Assembly (NCBI GenBank): GCA_002633005.1
Contig: NMRA01000229.1
Location: 267,598 to 331,597, forward strand
DNA: 64,000 nucleotides
DNA from: Phoronis australis
Taxonomy: Eukaryota > Animalia > Phoronida
Direction: 5' to 3'
Both the position numbers and the translations under genes were made by a program. The notes under the pieces were generated by a model, which was not told the DNA's origin, did no database searches, and worked only from the letters and a program-made list of their open reading frames with translations. Positions 1-13,139 of the stretch are shown in pieces (positions within the stretch are counted from its first letter, which is position 1; every line of letters starts with the position of its first letter).

Positions 1-1746
1 CGCTTGTTTTTATATACCTAAGACCCCTTTCAATTTATCATTATTATTAAATTTACGACATCCTATTTTCTGTTGTCCAATCAACGTTCTATAATTTAAA
101 TGATGTTTTATTTTAATATCTGTTTCTTCATCTACGCTTCACACTTCCATATTTTCAATATGTCATACAACACTCCCAATATGTCATACAACACTCTCTT
201 TAACCATTGGCTATAGTAAACGGGCCGCCCACTCTGCATGTTCTCAATCGACCACGTCTGTATTCTTGCGCACTTGACAGGGCCGCGACGTCGTTAACTA
301 GCAGATACATGTAAGTGGTCTAAGGCCAGAGTAGAGGCACGTGTAGCTCCCACCACCAAAAATGACTAAAATGGGTTGGGTCGGGTTGTGGCCTAGATGG
401 AAGGTGATTGCCAGAAATGGTTTTTAGTAGTACCCTGAAGTTGTTTTATGTAAATTGATTCCAGAAAGTTGGCCTGTGCTATTTTCTACTAGGATACGAG
501 AGTGCCGCCATTACTGAGAGCACATCCTTGTTGAGTCTTGAGCGGCACACTACAGTTGTTAGAGGATTTTGGCTGTCGACGCACACCAAAGTGGAGATGA
601 CTCCTTTTCTCACGTTCTCACCAAGAGTCTGAAAAAATAAAGGGTTTTGTAGAATTCCCAACTCACAAGCACTACCCATGATAACTGAAAATTAATTACG
701 CTACAGATTTTTAATCGATTAATTCACAGCGAAAAAAGGTCAAGCAGAGAAAAGCAGGACCAGAAAACCCAAACCTTGACATTTTTTTCACCAATATTAT
801 CACTTTTCTGGTCAGGAAAAGTATCACCCGAAATTGCTGTATACCCTACACCGACTGGTACATGTACGTGTACATACATGTAGATGTACATCAAAATCTA
901 AAGTCGCATAGGCTCAGTTAATTTTTCTACCGGCAAAATCTATATCAATTTGTTTTACTACCCGGTCCATTGTTTGTATACTTTGGACGATTTCGCTATT
1001 TGAAAAGTCCGTTGGCGTGGACGAATATTTGCTTGCTGTTGAACGTCAAAGACTTAAACTTTGGAGGCAGGTTCATACTTGATTAGTCAACAAGTTTAGA
1101 AACTAAATCGCCGGCTCTCGTTCAGCCAAACTGGTTACAGTGTACGTTCACCTCGGTCTATGCCCAGTGGATTCCTAGCCAGGCCGGGGAGTATAAGACT
1201 GTTTTAACCACATTGCATGTTTTTCTATAAGAAGTGTGAAACCTTCTATTGAAAACGTACAATGGGCATGGTCAACGAACTCAGCAGTGGTGAACAAAAC
1301 CGTTAACTTAACAAATACATGTAATGTGAATAGTCTGACGTGGTTATATTTTGTTGGCTTCATTTTTCACACTGTTAAAAATCACAAACTCAACTCTTCA
1401 TAATCAAGTGGTGTGCTTCATCAACATTAACAACTTTAAGATTATTAAAAACCTTATCGACATGCCAGTGTTTTTAGTCAAATGTTGACACGAATACAGA
1501 TTTTAATTACAAAAATTTATCTATTTTCAGAAAATAGAAAGCCTTAAAAGTTTTCATTTTGAAGTTTATTCCAATCTCCCAGTAGGTAGGTCACGTGACC
1601 ACTATCTAAACTCTAGCAAAAAGGAAGGAATACACGTAGCAAAACAACTCAACAATAGCATGCAAAAAGTTCATTTGCGTCAGTAAATGTCAAACCTCGA
1701 AATGCTTTACAATTTTCTAAGTTATCTTATTTCTGTTTTAGGCAAC

Positions 1747-2641
1747 TGTCAGAATAAATATTGATTAAGTAATTAGTAAGAATAGATCCATTTTACGTTG
1801 CCCAAAATTTGTGCATATGTACTTTTAAATCATGGGGTCAAACTTATTGAAATGTAATTTAACATCAAAATCTATTTTTAGATGGTGTTTACAACTTTGG
1901 TTCTAGGGTCAAGGCATTCTAGAGATTCTAGAAATTTCTGAGAACAAATCGTAACAGTCAATGATATGATTGTATATGATCATGTGGGTTTTATTAGCCG
2001 ATCGTTAAATAAGTAGATTATTATAAGTTGGGCTAAAATTAAGAGGATATTCAGATGAGCTATAGCAGTTGAAGCATAAAGACTTGTTGCAGTGTACAGA
2101 GGAAATTGTACAACAGAGCCATCTAGTGGAAGATTCTAAAGAGGATCTCGGCAAGGGCAAGGGTTACGATCAGGAAGTTAACTAACGGCTTGCCACATCG
2201 TGGGTAGTAAGTTACTGCCTGAAGTGTTGCGTCACCAGAGACTGTGACCAGCAAGAAGAATTGTGGATAGAAGAAACTTCCTGCAAGCGTTGTGTCACCA
2301 TGCAGGGACTGTGATCAGCAAGTACACTGTCGCAATACAGTGTGTGTAGTTCGAAGATTCACCAACAGGACTGTCATTCAACAAATGGAGAGTACTACAG
2401 CTTGGATAATAGATAAGACATTTGATTATTTTGGTTGATTGATTGAAGTAAGCTTTAAAGAGGGCGCTACCGTAGTTACTCTTCTTTGTATTTGATTACT
2501 TAATTAACAACAGGTTTCACTTGTGTAATGAATGGTTATCATGTAATAAATTTATTAATGGATTTAAACGTTCTCTCTCCATCTACTCACACTCTCAAAG
2601 CATAGCTACCTTTTAAACAAACCCAAAGTCAATTTCTGACA
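1747..2641 (+). mobile_element. Solo LTR of an LTR retrotransposon (895 bp)
   Basis: Starts TGTCAGAA and ends TTCTGACA (TG...CA, 8-bp inverted termini). Flanked by a perfect 5-bp direct repeat GCAAC (1742-1746, 2642-2646). AATAAA near 2545 is followed by a pyrimidine-rich tract. No internal gag/pol. Confidence 0.8.
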
Positions 2642-3904
2642 GCAACTTTTCATTTTTTTTCAGAGAAAAGGGTAAAAGTCAGATTTATGATAGCCCCTCA
2701 AGCGAAAGTGAAGAAAATAAAAAATTCAGATATAGAACATTTTAGAACAGAGCACAGACTATAACATGTGAGCGTTTTATATGAAACCGATCAGCCATTT
2801 CTGAGATATGATGTCCAGAAGTAAGCAAAACTTTCTAGGTTATTACGTAACATTAATACCTGCACTCGTAGCCAAATACCTAAACTACTGTCAATGCAGC
2901 AAAAGTATACATATTTCTGAAAGTAGAAAGCTAGTGCGATTCGATTTTCAATCCTAAACCATTTTGCCAGTAATGGGTTACGTGATGATGCCTTGAAAGT
3001 AAAAATACGTACATTCGTTCCAGCTAAACAACGGTACAGTCAATTCCGTGACAGCGTTTTCCCGTTCAGTGACTTTACCAGACGTAAGGGGTTCTGAGCG
3101 TGTGATAACATCTAGCTTCTTTGTTAACTGCCAAGTACACTGTTTTGTCCGTTACCACAACAAGCAGGCCAATTATGTACCAAGCATATTACAGAACACG
3201 TGTGAACACAGTCAAACTCAGAGGGAATTGGTGTATTCGGAAAGAATAGATTGTCGTAACTTCGGTTGCAGTTGGGCGATTTTGGCGATTCAAAAACTAA
3301 ATATGATCAACATTTGACGACGACTTCAAAAATGCTATTGGTTTATGTTCAAATATGTTGTAACTTTTAACTTTTCTTTTAACAGCTCAGCCCAGTCAGG
3401 GTAGAAACGATCTAATTGGAGATTAGACTAATTATCGTACAAAAGAGATTTGCCCCTCCAACCATTAATGCCAGAATGGAAATAATCAGTCGTGTAAGAT
3501 ATTGGCTGCTGGGGTAAACTTCCCAACTTTTTGTTGGGCTATAGAATCGAGCAAGTTGGGAGCAACGGGAAAACGCCGTAATGCCACGTTTTCTTTTCGT
3601 TTTTGTAGCGTGCAACTTTTCCTAAAAATACATAAGTACCTCAGTGACTACGAAATATTTTAAAAGCAGTTTCTGCCACCGGTTTGAGGAACAGTGCATA
3701 AATTATAAAACAATATGAATCCGATGAGTTGCTCAGGTATTCCCAAGAATGAAGAACAGCATCTGGTGTCTTAGATGTATTGGAAGTGCGTTGAGCTATA
3801 CCATGAACGGATATACAGTTAATGTAAGCTACATTGAGGCGGTTCGCTCATTTTTTCAAAAACATCATGAGCCGTTACCCTCCCATTTTTTCACTGTGAT
3901 ATAT

Positions 3905-4935
3905 ATTTATTGAAGGATACACAGAACATACAAAGAAATAATAACAAACCCAGAAACGGCGAAGCATTATATCTGGGTTGTAAACAATTCATAAATGAAA
4001 CTTATATACATAGAGGTACATGTATATACAATTAAGTAGTATCTAAAATAAGTATTCCAATACTTAGACATGCTATTACAGATATATAAAAACAAAAATA
4101 TGTACAGATTCATGTAGGGAAATCAGATGCAACAATATTGATAAACGGTACATAAAAATTTGCTAACGTTGCTTAGGAGGAATTCGTTGAGAACAAAGTC
4201 AAGGTTAGGACTACCATTCAGTAATAATGTAACTCTAGTAGGGATATTATTACAAGAATTGAGAGCGTTAACAATTGTTTGGTTATCATTGAGTGCACGA
4301 AAGAGTGAGTCTCTCAGGGATTCGATGAGGAGACATTTGAAGAAAATATGAGGATAAGATTGATGGTCACCACATTTGAAGTTTGGAGAGACATTACTAA
4401 AGTTGTGCCTGAACTTGTCAGAGTTGAAGAAAAGGCCACATCTTGATCTGTACAATGCTATTTCGTTATCGCGGGTAAGGGAGAATTGAGTCAAGGGTGT
4501 TGAGTTATCAAAATTATGAAAAACAGTTCTAAAATTATTTTTTATACTCGTAAAAGAGTTGCTTTCCTTAACAGAGACTGGAAGAGAATTCCAGTTGTTG
4601 ATGCACATCATGACTGTAGACCTTCTGAATGCCTGACTGAACGACGGAGGGATTGCATATGGGGTGGAGGATCTCAAATCACTTGTCTAGTATATAGATC
4701 AAATATTTTTTTTGACAGACACGTTGTTGACATTGTTTATTACCTTGAAAGTAAATGTGGTCATGTGAAGATTTCGTCGAGTAGACAGTTTGGGCCACTT
4801 GAGACTATTCAAAACCTTAACACTATTGGATCCCCTGTAAGCTCCGGTTATGAGTAAGGCGGCTACGTATACTTTCAACCAACAGGACTCTGGAAACTGG
4901 CCTACGTAAACATGTAGTATTAATAATCACTTCTG
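3905..4935 (-). mobile_element. 3' end of a CR1/L2-like LINE (ORF2 C-terminus plus 3' UTR)
   Basis: ORF 4123..4677 has LINE C-terminal motifs (WNSLPVSVK; C-x-CG...H-x-FFxC-like zinc knuckle 'KCGDHQSYPHIFFKC'). Minus-strand AATAAA near 3906. Confidence 0.7.
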
Positions 4936-5179
4936 CATTTGAAATAGTGTTTATCATAATGGCTAGTATGATGAAGGTGGGTATTCACCAAGTTCATTCC
5001 CACCCGCGCGGTTCTGTCACCCGAGAGAACTCGGATCCGATACCGTAATTCAATAACTCCCTTGAATGAAAATAAACAGTACACGTAAATCTCCCTTCCT
5101 ATTTATGTAGGAACCATAGAACACAACGTTTCACGAGATCCTCAGATACACTAACTCCGATACAGGGAAAATGTCTACC

Positions 5180-5880
5180 TTCCAAAATACCTTTGTTTGA
5201 ACCTTTAAAAAAGAAACTATACACTGTTTTGGACTTTATGATTCATGAGAACCTGAAAGGGTTTCTATGAGCAAGATATATTGGGGGAAATACAAGGTCC
5301 ACTTTATAATACAACACAGTATGCATTATAGCCCTGATTCTCTTATGTGTATGGTGATGGATTTTGAAAAAGCATTTGATTCTTTGGCACGGATATTTCT
5401 TCACAATACGCTATTTTTAAAATTTGGAGGAGAATTAGGTACAGGTGTATACAGAAGTGGAACATATTATCATTCGGTGTTCGTGAGCCTGTGCTTTACA
5501 AAATGGAATACTGTCGAAGTCTTTCGAGACCTATATGAAATACCGTCTCTCCATATTTTTTTATCTTTCAAAGAAATAGTATGATTGATGACTAGATTCA
5601 GCAGTAATATTGAAGGTATCGAAATCAATACTGCTCATTAAATCAAAATATTGCAAACGACACTGTTCCACGAACCACTGTGAAATCGAAAAGCTTTATG
5701 CATGGAAATAAATTTGAATGGAGTCCACAGTGAAACATTTACCATGCTGTGGGTCACTTATAGCTTAGATTTAGAAACTATTCTGATCTTAAACTTTGGT
5801 AAGAATGGAGGGCAATAGATCAACCATGCAGACTGAACGACTTTTTTATACAAACAATAATTGCAGGCGGTCTGATACAC
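5180..5880 (+). mobile_element. Degenerate reverse-transcriptase fragment, L1/Tx1-like LINE
   Basis: 'DFEKAFDSL...FLHNTL..FG' in ORF 5267..5584. Downstream frameshifted remnants include 'SPYF' and 'IEGIEIN..IKILQ'. Boundaries approximate. Confidence 0.6.
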
Positions 5881-6001
5881 GTTGTATCAGGCGTGCGCAG
5901 GAACGACTTTCAGATAACAAGACATTTTGTAAAACGTTCTTTGTGGATTTAGATAAGTAACCAAGTGTTCGCCTGGGTCGCCATACAACCTATTGTGCTA
6001 C

Positions 6002-6733
6002 TTCTCTTCTTCTTCCCTTCTTCTCTTCTCTTCTAGGCGTTGTCCATCCACTGCAGGATGAATCCCTCCGACAATGCCTTCCAACTTGTTCTGTCTCTTG
6101 CTGCTCTTATCCATGTTGTGCCTATCGTTTTCACGATGTCATCTCTCCATCTGGCTTGGGGCCGTCCTCTTGATCTCTTTCCATATCTGGATTGCCACTT
6201 TGTGCATCTTTTTGTCCATCTGTTGTCCTGTGCTCTGGCCACGTGTTCGCCCCACCTCCAATTCAATTTCAGAATTGTCTTGATTATGTCCATGACTCTT
6301 GTTTGTTCTCTTATCTCTGTGTGTGGAATCCTGTCTAGTAATTTTATTCCAAGCATTTTTCTCTCCATTGCTCTCTGTGTTGTTATTAGCTTGGCAATTG
6401 TCTGTTTTGTTAAGGTCCATGTTTGGCATCCATAGGTGATTGTGGGGATGATGCACTGGTCAAATACTTTTCTTTTCAGGGATATGGGTATGTTCTTATC
6501 TTGGAATATTTCTCTGTTTTTTCCAAAGCAACTCCATCCAGCTCTTATTCGGATTTGTATTTCATTGGTCATACGGCTCCCCATTTGTATGGCCTGTCCC
6601 AGGTATTTATACATGTATTGTGTGACTTTTTCAATGATCTTGTTCTCCACCATTACTTGTTCATCTGTTTCAAAATTTGTCATGTACTTTGTCTTGTTGT
6701 GCAGCCGACAGGGAAAAGAACATAATTTCAAAC
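6002..6733 (-). mobile_element. 5'-truncated RTE-clade LINE with GAA-rich tail and 10-bp TSD
   Basis: Open ORF ending at 6033 with RTE motifs (KTKYM, YKYLGQ, RIRAGW, YGCQTW, QRAMERKMLG, WRWGEHVAR, RGRPQARWRDDI). The stop is followed directly by an AAG/AAGAG tail (6002-6032). Direct repeat ATTGTGCTAC at 5992-6001 and 6734-6743. Confidence 0.92.
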
Positions 6734-8335
6734 ATTGTGCTACGTCTACCACATTATGCGGAAGTGTTTAAGAAAATAACAAAAATAAGAAAGGACATAA
6801 CACAGAGTAGGCGATATTTATAAATGACGTGAGGAAAAACATGATACAGATCGGCAATGAATTACATGCAAGTGCGGGCTGGGAATCAGTGTACTCTAAT
6901 ACCTTAAAATTTCTGTTGATGTTAATTGAGAATAATTTCCAGTATCTATATCTTGAACTAGTGTTGCATGCAAATCCACATTTTTATAAAACAGGAGTCT
7001 TCTGCTTGTAAAGAAGCCCTAGAAACTTTGACACGTTTATTTCTATATTGTTAATTTACTGTAACTTTCTGGGAAAATGTTTCAAAAATTTTGCTTTAAT
7101 GATACTAGTGAAACAATGACGAAAGTTAGTGTTTTATCTGAATTAGCGATACATATTCATCGACAAATTGTATTACTGTTCTACCAAATTATCATACATA
7201 CATGTAGATATACTGTACTGTCAAAGTTTGGGAGGCAATTTATCGTCTATTGAGATGATTTTGTGAGTGTTTTTAAAGGATTACTATTTCACAGAGAAAC
7301 ATATCTTTGGAAAGAATGGTAGATTTAAGGACAGATATAGTTGAATTTGGCACCTGTTCTCGAAAACTAAGTAACCATGGAGTGAGTGTGTGGTGTTTGT
7401 GTTTATTATTACGACTGGATGTTATTGGGAACAAATGTATTTAAAGTACATACTAAGATTCTCGTTTCAACATTACTTAGACATGTTTTCTGTTTGAAAA
7501 GTTGTTGGCCAATTTAACCCATTTTACTAACTTTCACTGCAATTTTAGATCTTAAGTTAGTTCGTAATAAAAGCTTATTAACAAACAGCAAAGTGACCTG
7601 AGCACATAGGAAAACACTGCTTCAGTTTAAAACTGCACACGGCTTATAAAATTAGTCTAACGCACATTGTACATCGAGATTCCTCGGTTTTTTCAAAAGC
7701 ATGACCCGTTACTCTTCCGTAGGACTCTCTTGGGTCTTGTCAATGGAGAGTTTAACAATCAATTAAGTTGGAAATTAAATTAGTATTTTTCCAGTGACTC
7801 AGATTGAAGATTGGTGGATATTTGTGAATTATCCAACCACACATTTCAGCCATCTACACGTAAGAGGTCCCGCATACGAAACCGCTTCTTAATAACTCTT
7901 TCGAGAATAAACAATCAGTAAAGACTTTGTAACAATGAACAAAAGCATAATACAATAGAATACAACCCGGAAACTGCAATGAACATTTCATCCGGTTTTA
8001 GTCAATAAACACAGTGTGTCAATAATAATGGGAATATTAAACGATTGTCATAAGAGATTACCCAAGTGAAAAAGAGAAAATTGAGATTTACTTGCAACAC
8101 TTCAATTCAAGATCAGACTATCACAGACAAATCATTGGTCGGATTGCAGCACAACAAGGTTAGTTTTTACACTGAATTTACTTGAGCCATTAATAAGGAA
8201 ATTGGCTTTGTCTAGTAAACTAAGGGATTAATTAAATATAGAGAACACACCAGGGTTGCTTCCGATGCCCCTGTCGTTGTTGCAAATTAATTGGACAGTC
8301 CAACAGAAAGTGAACTTTAGTCTGAATTTGCCAAT

Positions 8336-8524
8336 AATTGATCTATTGCCAGGACTTTGAGTGACAGCTTAACTTACATGTACCAATCACAACGCAGCAT
8401 TCTTGACACACCTTCGTTTCCAAGCCGCCATTTTTACCAGACAAACAACACGTTGTCGGGTAAAACTTATTGTTTGTTTGTCGATTTTTCGCAAGGGGGG
8501 AGGGGAGCTTGCGATAGATCAATT
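8336..8524. mobile_element. MITE (copy 1 of a family also at 57855-57987)
   Basis: Imperfect TIRs AATTGATCTATTGC / GCGATAGATCAATT. About 110 bp are closely similar to 57885-57987. Confidence 0.75.
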
Positions 8525-8579
8525 CCACAACACAGAAACATCACTGAGGTTACGTCGAAATTTATTAGAGTTACGATGT

Positions 8580-10594
8580 AAGTGAAAGTCCAGAAAGCAA
8601 TCTATTGAGAGATACACCTGTATCTCGTGAGCTCTTGGTAAATATGAGGGTAGATTCGCATGACAAAGGTGACTTTTAAAGCATGTTTTGATCATTGAAG
8701 GTGAACGACTGTCCCTTAAATTTGAAGACAGTGTATTCCAATCGCATATACACACTGGAATACTTATCTGCGAGTTGCCCTGGAGTATGATGGGGAGATT
8801 GTGAAAATAAGTGTGTTCCCCATGCCGGGCCTTCAACATTCTCTTTCACAGTTGTTAAACATAAGCTTATCAGAATCATTGTTTATGTTATTGAGATCTT
8901 TAATTGTGTGCATGGTTGTGTGTTGTTTCTTTCTTTCAGAAACTGTAAACCAATTCAGGCTTATGGGAATCTTGTTTTTTCTGAACCTTTAAATGATCCT
9001 GTGATTAAGCGTGCAGCTTGATTCAGCAAACAATCTTACTGGATCAGAACACAAGCGCTAGTGGATTAATAGATAATGTTTCCATAGTCAAAGTGTGGCA
9101 GGACAAGTGAATTAAAAAAACCTCTAGTTGCATTGAGCATAGACGTCTTGATACAAATTTGAATCTTCTGAATCTAATAACAACTAAGATGTGACAGTGA
9201 GCATTCAAAAAGAGATTGTTATCAAGAATAATACCTAAATGTTTATAGGTATATTTTTTGGTTTTCACTCATTTGTAAATAGTTGACCAACATGCAGAAG
9301 TGAATTTTTGGATCGTGAGAAGGAAATGACATCAATTTTTCCTGCTTTGAAATTCATTCGCCATTTGGCAGCCTACGAAGAAGGTGAGTAGACCATCATG
9401 TAGTCTCATGGATAGATGTGATTGTCTTTAGATTTGCATGAGATATTGTCGGTAAGGACTTTGATGTATGGAAGGAAAAATAATGGACCAAGAGCATTGC
9501 CCTGGGGCACACCCGAATTCACTTAACCCGGAGACGACGACATTGAATGCACGACTTCAATTCACACTGTGTGGATGAAATTGCGTAAAAAATCAAATAA
9601 ACTTAATAAAGTATTACATATTCCAAATGATCTTAACTTCTAAATAGGTAGGTCATTTGCTACCAGGTCAAAGTCAATTGCTATGCCAAGGAAAATAGAC
9701 CTGGCAGTATTCTAATTCTCAAACTAAATGTAAGTCTTAAATAATTTCATTGAATTGGGAAATTGTACTCTTTCCTGTTAGAACGTCAAGTTGCAGTGGG
9801 TATACAGGTATGACATTATGCGAGTTTAAATGTCCAAGGAGTTTTCGAAATAATCTTTTCTAGAATTTTGGAGAAGGTATTTGGGAATGTGATGGGGCGA
9901 TAACAGAATTTTATTGAATAGTCCTGTGAGGCGTAAAGACAATTCTTTAGCTTTCATTTTTATTGGTAATGAGTTCTGAACCATTTGATTCATTAACGTC
10001 GATACTCTAAGAAGCTTTCTGACTTCTGCAGTAATAGTTTGTAGATCAATGAGTTGTTCATTGCAATTAATTGATAGTTTATAGACGCCGTCTCGATAAC
10101 TCGGATTGATGTGGACTTCGCAAAATATTCTAGAAATAATATGTATTTTCTGATTTATGTTTCATTGGTGTTTTTGTGAAAGTCTTTAAGAGAGATAAGA
10201 GTAAATATACCATTGACTGAATGGCCTCTTACATTTAAATTGTTAACAATTCTCCAGTGCTCCTCAGAGTTTTTAGACACATCATTAACGCGTTGAATAA
10301 GACCGATATTGTAATTGCAGTTTGCATTATATTCGATTAAAATGAAAAGCTTTAACACATTGTTTGAAGTGTGGATATACCTTAGTGCATTTTAAGTTCG
10401 TGTTTTATCTGGTCTGTAACCATGGTTTGTTTTAATAGTAACTAATTTGTATTTGGATGGAATATTTTCCTCTAGGACGACCGTGAGTTCTTTATTGAAT
10501 CTGCTGTACATACTACAGTATCTTTGCTCAGTTTTCACTGAGAATTGCATCCCAATCGTGGTTGATTAAGTCGTTTTGCAATTGAATTTGATTT
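8580..10594 (-). mobile_element. Degenerate CR1-like LINE (RT region)
   Basis: Minus-strand remnants with many stops and frameshifts: YRPITFPNTFSKILEKII (about 9850-9902), GVPQGNALGPLF (about 9480-9515), YKHLGII (about 9225-9248), WNTLSSNLR (about 8715-8742). Confidence 0.85.
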
Positions 10595-11269
10595 ACTTTA
10601 TAGTATTTCCAAACACGTATTGAAATAAGACTGGCTCCTCATGAGCTGAACATGATGAAATTGACGTATGCATCGTTTGATACACGTACATGTACCATTC
10701 AATGCAATACTCATACATGTGTATTCAAGGGTTTCACTTTTCAATTCCAGGTGCATTCTTCCTGCATAGTTGATTATCGTGATTTTCAGGCATACGAACA
10801 CTGGGTTTTGGTAAGTGCTAACTTGGGTTTCTGTTTGGACTTAATAACAAAATTTGACTCTGGAAGACAATCGTAACATGCTTCATTTAGTTTCAAGCTC
10901 ATTGTGAATCTTTTTATATCAATTTAAGACAGAGAAATCTGGTGAAATTGAGAACTTCTAAACAAAAATTGGACTTTTAATTTTCGCTTCAGATATATAA
11001 AGCAGCTAAAAATAAACTTTCTTCATAAAAAACGCATTCTACTTTGCTCGTTATTCAAACTGAAGAGGATATTTGTCGATTTCAAGGGAATTCATAGGTT
11101 TTTATTGAGTTTCATCTCTCAAAGTTGGCTTGTCACAGGGGGTCATTTTATACTCTGCGCTCGGTATCATCACAGAACGAACTGCCAATTATTTCCTAGG
11201 TTGTGTTACCTATCGATGAGTTTGACCTATTTATGGAATGAATTTTCGGAAAAAAGGTTTTTCACATTG

Positions 11270-13139
11270 GTACTGATTTGGTTAGACTAAAAAAGTTGTC
11301 CGTCTTAGATTTTAGGGACAGTGGAAGTCGGGCACTGTTAGTAAACTACAGGTGACGAAGAGAAAGACATCGTTCAAGAAAGTGCTTAATCAATGGGTGT
11401 CCGCACTGCCCCCAAATCTTGAATCGGTTTATCTTCGGGGTTCGTTTCCAATACGCACTCACGGGTTTACCAAAATTCATGTTCTAAAGAATGAACTAAA
11501 ACGTTTAGATCTTTCGGGAAATATCTTTTTTGGCTTTCCAATCCGTGAAAAAATAATAGGGTTTGACAGTTTGGAGAACGTCAACCTTGGATCGAACAAT
11601 CTACGTGGAATTCACTGTGGAATCTTTCAGAATTTGACCAATCCTGTCTGAAAATTTGTTAGCGGACACACTGGCCACAGATGAATTTGATACTTTTTTC
11701 TAAATTATGACTACAGTCGTCAAAATTGACTTATCAGGAAACGGGATTTATAAACTTTTCATCACTTGAAAAACGTAAGGGAAGTCATTTTGCGTAACAA
11801 TCGCCTTACTTCGTTACCAGCTGTCAAACATAGCTCGCTGGAGAATCTGGACCTCTCGCACAATTTTATAACAGATATTAGTGTAAATATTATTTCGAAT
11901 GCTTTGATGGTAGTAGACATGTCGTCTAACCGAATAGCTTTTCTCAGCAAGGCATCTTTAGACTCGTTAGACAAATGCAACGTGACGGTTTTGCCTGCAA
12001 ACAACCTCTTCAACTGCACAAGATGCGAAAGACTGGGGCTGATGGCTTCACAGACATCGTGACTTCCCACACAAATATGGGTTATTCATCAAGGACAATC
12101 ACTCGCTCCACTGCTTCCAAAACACTTCATTACGACTCTCAAATGTCCGGTTGGATGACCTGCAAAACAAATGCACCTCGACTTTATGGATTTGGATGTC
12201 AGAATCTATCTTGTTATCGTTGGCAGTGTTGATAGTTAGCCTGGGAGCAGGCGATGGACTATTCGATTTTGGTTGATTCATTCTGCAAGACGGGGATACC
12301 ACCGTTTACCCGTTACAGAGTACAAATACGACGCATTTCTTTGTCACAGCGGAGAGGACACATGGTGGGCTAAACGTACATGTATACATGAACATTTAAA
12401 GAAAAACGAAGATGTTGTTTTGAAATTACCATGTATATACTACAGAGATTTTCCCGTGTTTGTACCCATTGTCGAGTGCGTTAATGATGCCATTGTCAAC
12501 AGCAGATACGTAATTCTACTTATAACCAAGTAAGTGCATGTAAAATCAGCCACACATATTAGTTTTGAAAAAATTCATCCCTCAAGATGTAGGCGATATA
12601 TTTACTTCCGCTTTACTCGTGAGCCATCTGTTGCCTGATCTGAGGCTTAGTCACCTCAAATTCGTTTCCGAAATGCTACAGCAAGTCAGATTATCTTCAG
12701 AAAAGTTGCTGTGTACTAACAAGTTCACAATTCCAATAACATTATCAATGACTATTGTGTCCCTGATCAGATTTCGTCATCTCAATGACCTTTGAACTAC
12801 AGGGTGGCTAAAATGACAAAAACGCGTCTCCTGTTTGCATTTCAGAAGTATCATAAAAAGTCAATGTTGCATATACGAGTTTTTCATTGCAAAATCCAAA
12901 GCGTTCTGCGAAGAAAATCGCAGTCGACTGATCGTTCTTGTATCATGGAGAAACTGACTGACGATGTGTTAAGAATAGCACCACGAACTCTCCAAACTCT
13001 GATGAAGGACAACGTTTATTTGGAGTGGATAGACGACGCTTTCGGACAAGAACAGTTTTGGCAGCGCTTGCAGGACAGTCTGAGGACGGAACCACAGCTT
13101 TACATACCATGCCTGGATATTTTTTTGATGTTATCATAG
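11270..13139 (+). pseudogene. Toll-like receptor pseudogene (LRRs, LRR-CT, TM, TIR); 5' part probably extends to about 8250 across TE insertions
   Basis: LRRs LKRLDLSGN, LENVNLGSNNL, VILRNNRL, LENLDLSHNFI. LRR-CT NNLFNCTRC. Hydrophobic segment ILLSLAVLIVSLG then RWTIRFWL. TIR motifs KYDAFLCHS, CIYYRDF, AIVNSRYVILLIT, SQCCIYEF, YLEW, FWQRL. Several frameshifts and stops (about 11645, 12055, 12250, 12940). GT-AG intron 12530-12845. Confidence 0.88.

Noticed and set aside
6040-6771. Several plus-strand ORFs of 69-131 aa
   Set aside because: Antisense shadows of the RTE ORF.
12530-12845. Apparent TE insertion splitting the TIR domain
   Set aside because: Canonical splice sites and in-frame joining indicate an intron.
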